Assembly (NCBI GenBank): GCA_000004695.1
Contig: CM000154.2
Coordinates: 1,248,001 to 1,312,000 of the forward strand
Length of the DNA: 64,000 nucleotides
Reading direction: 5' to 3'
DNA from: Dictyostelium discoideum
Taxonomy: Eukaryota
The translations under genes were made by a program, and so were the position numbers. This document shows positions 59,980 through 64,000 of the stretch, one piece after another. How positions within the stretch are numbered: the stretch's first letter is position 1; each line of letters starts with the position of its first letter. The notes below the pieces were generated by a model. That model worked only from the letters and a program-made list of their open reading frames with translations. It was not told the DNA's origin and searched no databases.

Positions 59980-60842
59980 AAAATTAATTTACACAACAAA
60001 TTCAAACGCGGAAATTATAAAAAATAAAAAAAAATAAAAATAAAAAAAAAAAATAAAAAAAAAAAACTTCTATTTTTAATCAAATAATTTCAAAACAAAT
60101 TTTCTTACAGAATAAAATTTTTAAATTATTTATAACACTTTAGATTTATAACCTTGTGTGTAAGAGTATAACAAATATATGGAAATAGTTTTTTACTATT
60201 TCTATATTTTTTCTTTTTCTTCTTCTTAAAATAAATAAAAAAAAAAAATTAATTAAATATTTAAGTACACTGTTCATCAAATTCAATAAGAGTTCCTTTA
60301 CCCAAATTAATTTCTAACCCGAACTTTAAAAATCTCATATCTTTTAATAATTAAAAATTAAATAAAATAAATAAAATCTATTTTTAGGATTAAAAAAAAA
60401 AAAATTAAAAATAATAAATAAATAAATAAAAAATCTATGAGCAAACCGAAATTATTAAAAAAAAAAAAAAAAAAAAATATTTTTGGAAGTTTTAAAGAAA
60501 AAATATTTGCTCATAATTAATTCTAAGCAAGTATTTTTTCTTTAAAACTTCCTCATTTATTTTTATATTTAATTTTTTTTTTTTTTTTTTAAAAAATAAT
60601 ATTCAATGATGGCTTTTCATGAAAATCATTCGAACCATTTTCAATTGGCTTTCCGATTAAAATATTTTTAAATTTTTTTTTTTTTTTTTGTCAGATGAAG
60701 ATCAAGATCTTGTCAAAAAAAAAAAAAAAAAAAAAGGATTTTTTTAAATTAATAAAGATTTTATATTTTATAACAAATTTTTTTTTTTTTTTTTTTATTC
60801 ATAAAAAATAATAAATCTCTTTTTTCTTTTAAAAAAATAATA

Positions 60843-62648
60843 ATGAAATCAATAATATTTATAACTTTTTTTATTTTTTTTTTAAAAAAATTAAATGGAT
60901 TACCAAATGGATATGGAGTAGGATTAGTTGACCCAAATGGGCAATGTATGAATTATATTGGTGATTCAATTGACCAACCATTATGTAAAAACAAATTATC
61001 AAATAATGGTGAATTTATTTATTCTACAATTGGAAATTCATTAAATTCACAAACTTTATCACAACAAACAATAGCAAAATCATTTGAAGCATTAACATTC
61101 ATTCAAAACCAATGTCAAGATTTATTATTTGCAGAATACGGAATTTGTAATATTTATTTATCACCATGTATTATAACAACTGTAGCACCATTGAAAAATA
61201 TATCGCTGCCACAAAGATTATGTAATTCAGCATGTCAAAGAATGGTTACCAACTGTCCAAGGCTTGGAGAAAAAATTGATTGTTCAATTTCATTTTTATT
61301 TCCAGAAGTTGGGACACTGTATAACCTATCTGATTACGGCTATAAAGCCAATGGTGGTTTATATGAAGTACCATGTTTTAATCCAACTGCTGATTATGAC
61401 AATTCCTCTAGTTTAAATGAATTTATTGAAATATGTCCCTCTCCATTATTATTAAAGAATTCAAGTGATCCGAAATATTCAAAAAGAGGCTATACTTATC
61501 TTCCACCCACAAATTGCGTACTTCCATGTCCAGTTCCAAATTATACAAAAGAAAAATGGAATCAAATTGAAAACTTGTCAAAAGTATTATCAACAATTAG
61601 TTTTGTATGTTCAATTTATAATATATTATCATTTGGAATTTTAAAAAAAAAAAAAACTAAATATACAATTTGTATATCAGCACTTTCAGCATCAGTTGCA
61701 TTGATCAATCTTGGAGATATCATAAAGATTGGGGTTGGTTATGAAAAAGTACTATGTCCAGAACCAGGTAGATTTGCAACACAAGTAGATGATCCTCTAT
61801 GTGGATTAACCGCTGCATTATTCCATGTTGGAATTTGTAGCACTGTATTATGGACTACAACAATGGCAATTTATTTATATTCAGCAATTAAAAATATTAA
61901 ATTATTTAAATTCCGTTATTTTATAATTTTTAATACTGGATTTTCATTAACAAGCTTAATAATTGCTGCATCAGCCTCAAAATTCGAAGCTGGTACTGGT
62001 TCAATAGAATGTTGGATTAGAGATAGATGGTATTCAATATGTTTATTCTGGCTTCCTTGTGGTATTTGTTTATTAATTGGTACAATTTGTATTGCTTCTG
62101 TCATTGTTGAAATTTATAAAGTATTTTTTCAAAATTTTTAATATATATTATTTTTAAAAATTATTTAATTTCATATTAATTATTTTAAATTTATTATTTA
62201 GGTTTCCAAGAATATTAAATTAAGTGAAAGTGAAACAATAATGAGACAAATTAAACCAATTATAAGTGTAATTTTAGTATCTGGATCATTTACATACCTT
62301 TTTATAATATTTTTTGATATTGAAAGAAACTTTGGAGGATATAGATCAGCAGTGACTGATTATGTTTTATGTCTATTAAACAGTACTGATAATGGTATAG
62401 AATGTCATACAAGTGGTCCTAGCTATAATCCTTATTTTATGTTTTACTTCTTTATGAGGTTTTTTGGAATTCTATTCTTTTTAATTTATGGCACTTCAAA
62501 AAATGCAAGAGATTCCTGGTATGAATTATTTATAAAAATTAAAGTCTCTCTTAGTGAAACCTCTTCAACAATTAGTAATAATAGTGGTGGTGGTTCTAGT
62601 CAACAAAAACAACAACAACAAAATGAAATAAAACTGGAAAAAATTTAA
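60843..62648 (+). CDS. Frizzled/smoothened-like (Fsl) receptor, paralog C, in 2 exons.
   Basis: Exon 1 is 60843..62120 and ends EIYK|GTATTT. Exon 2 is 62202..62648 after acceptor TATTTAG. It has the same CRD as paralogs A and B (FIQNQCQDLLFAEYGICNIYLSPCI...PQRLCNSACQRMVTNCP), the ECWIRDRWYSICLFWLPCG motif, and YGTSKNARDSW. Confidence 0.75.
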
Positions 62649-62715
62649 TAATAAAAAAAAATAAAAATAAAAATTGCACAAAAAGTTACTTAAATAATTA
62701 ATTTATTATTATTTT

Positions 62716-63179
62716 TTAAAATTTAATTAATGAAGGATAATCATTTTTACCACCCAATTCAATCATTTCATTAGAATCATTTTGATTTTCACCCCAAAAT
62801 GATTTTGAATAGTCAATAAAAATCTGTTCACCTTTTTTAATTGATTTAGTTGCAGTGATGAGTGCTTGTTCACAACCATATTCAAATATACATTCACTTT
62901 CTGCATTTTTAAATTTACTTGAATGATTAATCATACCACCCATTGATCTATATTTTGAGGCATCTAAACCAAAATCTTCATTTGAAATCATCATATTATA
63001 ATTTGTAGTTTCCATTTTTTCATTCATTGTTATCATACCACCATATCTAACTATAAAATCACCACTTTTAAAATCCTTACCTGCAAATAATCCCCAACCT
63101 ACTGATTCTGAAATAAATCCTAAAATTATATTTTCTTCACCACCACTATTATTAATTAACTTTAAATATATGTTAATAA

Positions 63180-63273
<94 letters not shown>

Positions 63274-64000
63274 TTCTCACACCCCGTATTTTTCAAATGT
63301 ATTTTTATTATTATTTTTTTTAAAAAAATTATACAAACATTTAAATATTTATTTCTAAAATTTAAATCTGGATTAATTTGTAAACTTGAAAATAATAAAT
63401 CAACTAAATAATCATTTGTTGATAAAACTTTTGAAGTATAAATTATATTTAATTTTAATTGTAATTGTTCAATTGATAAATCTTCAAATGATGATGAATT
63501 ATTATTATTATAAGTTTTAATTGATTTTGGAGTTGGTGGAGTATTTGATGGTAATAATCCTTTTAATTTTGCATAATCGAAACCAGTTGCTCTAAATGAA
63601 TCAATTGTATCAAAAAATGTAAAATTCTTTAAATCTTTAATTTTTGGTGATTCTATTATATATTGTAAAATCTCTTTATTACCAAGCATCATTGCTAAAT
63701 GAAATATAGTTATACCAGTAACTGGATCACGAAATTCCACTAAATTATATCCACCTTGTTCAAAAATATATTTAAAAATTTCAATATCATTAGTTCCAAT
63801 TGAAAAAAATAAACTCATTCTATTCAATGATGGTGATTCTAATTCTTCTTCATTTTTTATTTGTTGTTGTTGATTTAATAAATCTTTAAAGAAATTTGGA
63901 TTTCTTCTTAATTCTGATGATAATTGATATTTAATACTACCTAAATCTTTTTCTAAAATTATCTCTGTTAATGATGTTAATTGATCTTCAAAAACTAACT
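62716..64000 (-). CDS. Ankyrin-repeat plus SET-domain protein, 5' partial: it continues beyond the right window edge. It has at least 2 exons.
   Basis: The upstream exon is open to 64000 (...LAMMLGNKEILQYIIESP ankyrin-like ... NFRNKYLN). The intron contains an (ATT)n repeat of about 30 copies at 63183-63273. The last exon is about 63175..62716 (LINNSGGEENIILGFISESVGWGLFAGKDFKSGDFIVRYGG...MINHSSKFKNAESECIF...QIFIDYS), which is a SET-domain core. The donor position is ambiguous between GTTTGT and GTATAA. Confidence 0.5.

Noticed and set aside
60680-60720. GTCAGATGAAGATCAAGATCTTGTC, which looks like an inverted repeat
   Set aside because: Only the central 10 bp (CAAGATCTTG) is palindromic and the arms do not pair.

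Overview
This window is AT-rich nuclear DNA from a eukaryote. The Twinkle, RlmN and AIF genes are nuclear genes whose products are predicted to act in mitochondria. The sequence has very A/T-rich intergenic deserts with long homopolymer runs, and short introns of 80-120 nt that begin GTAAGT, GTATGT or GTAAAT, end T/A-rich before AG, and twice carry a TACTAAC branch site. Coding regions contain poly-Asn, poly-Gln and poly-Ser tracts, and there are (ATT)n and (AAT)n microsatellites. These are the hallmarks of Dictyostelium discoideum or a close dictyostelid. Several products match Dictyostelium proteins by my recall, including a cAMP receptor, Roco4, dictomallein, and three frizzled/smoothened-like receptors.

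I can support about 24 protein-coding genes, most with 1-5 introns, and I reconstructed exon-intron structures by hand from splice signals and reading-frame phase. The genes are a Twinkle-type helicase (partial at the 5' window edge), a cAMP-receptor GPCR, a Tel2-like scaffold protein and MMS19 arranged head-to-head, a Ser-rich secreted repeat protein, a dictomallein (M66) metalloprotease, a small type I membrane protein, a CAP/PR-1 plus papain fusion with an apparent frameshift, CDC27/APC3 head-to-head with SLBP, a WD40 protein, a SETD7-like MORN+SET methyltransferase with a 35-nt micro-exon, the Roco4 LRR-Roc-COR-kinase-WD40 protein, three frizzled/smoothened-like receptor paralogs (two in tandem), RlmN, RPB2, LCMT1, canonical poly(A) polymerase, AIF, and a partial ankyrin+SET gene at the right window edge.

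There are no rRNA genes, tRNA genes, CRISPR arrays, recognisable transposons or prokaryotic-style operons or defence systems. Many listed ORFs are antisense or low-complexity artifacts.

Coordinates were counted by hand from the printed sequence and may be off by a few nt. I cross-checked exon boundaries for frame consistency but not by alignment.
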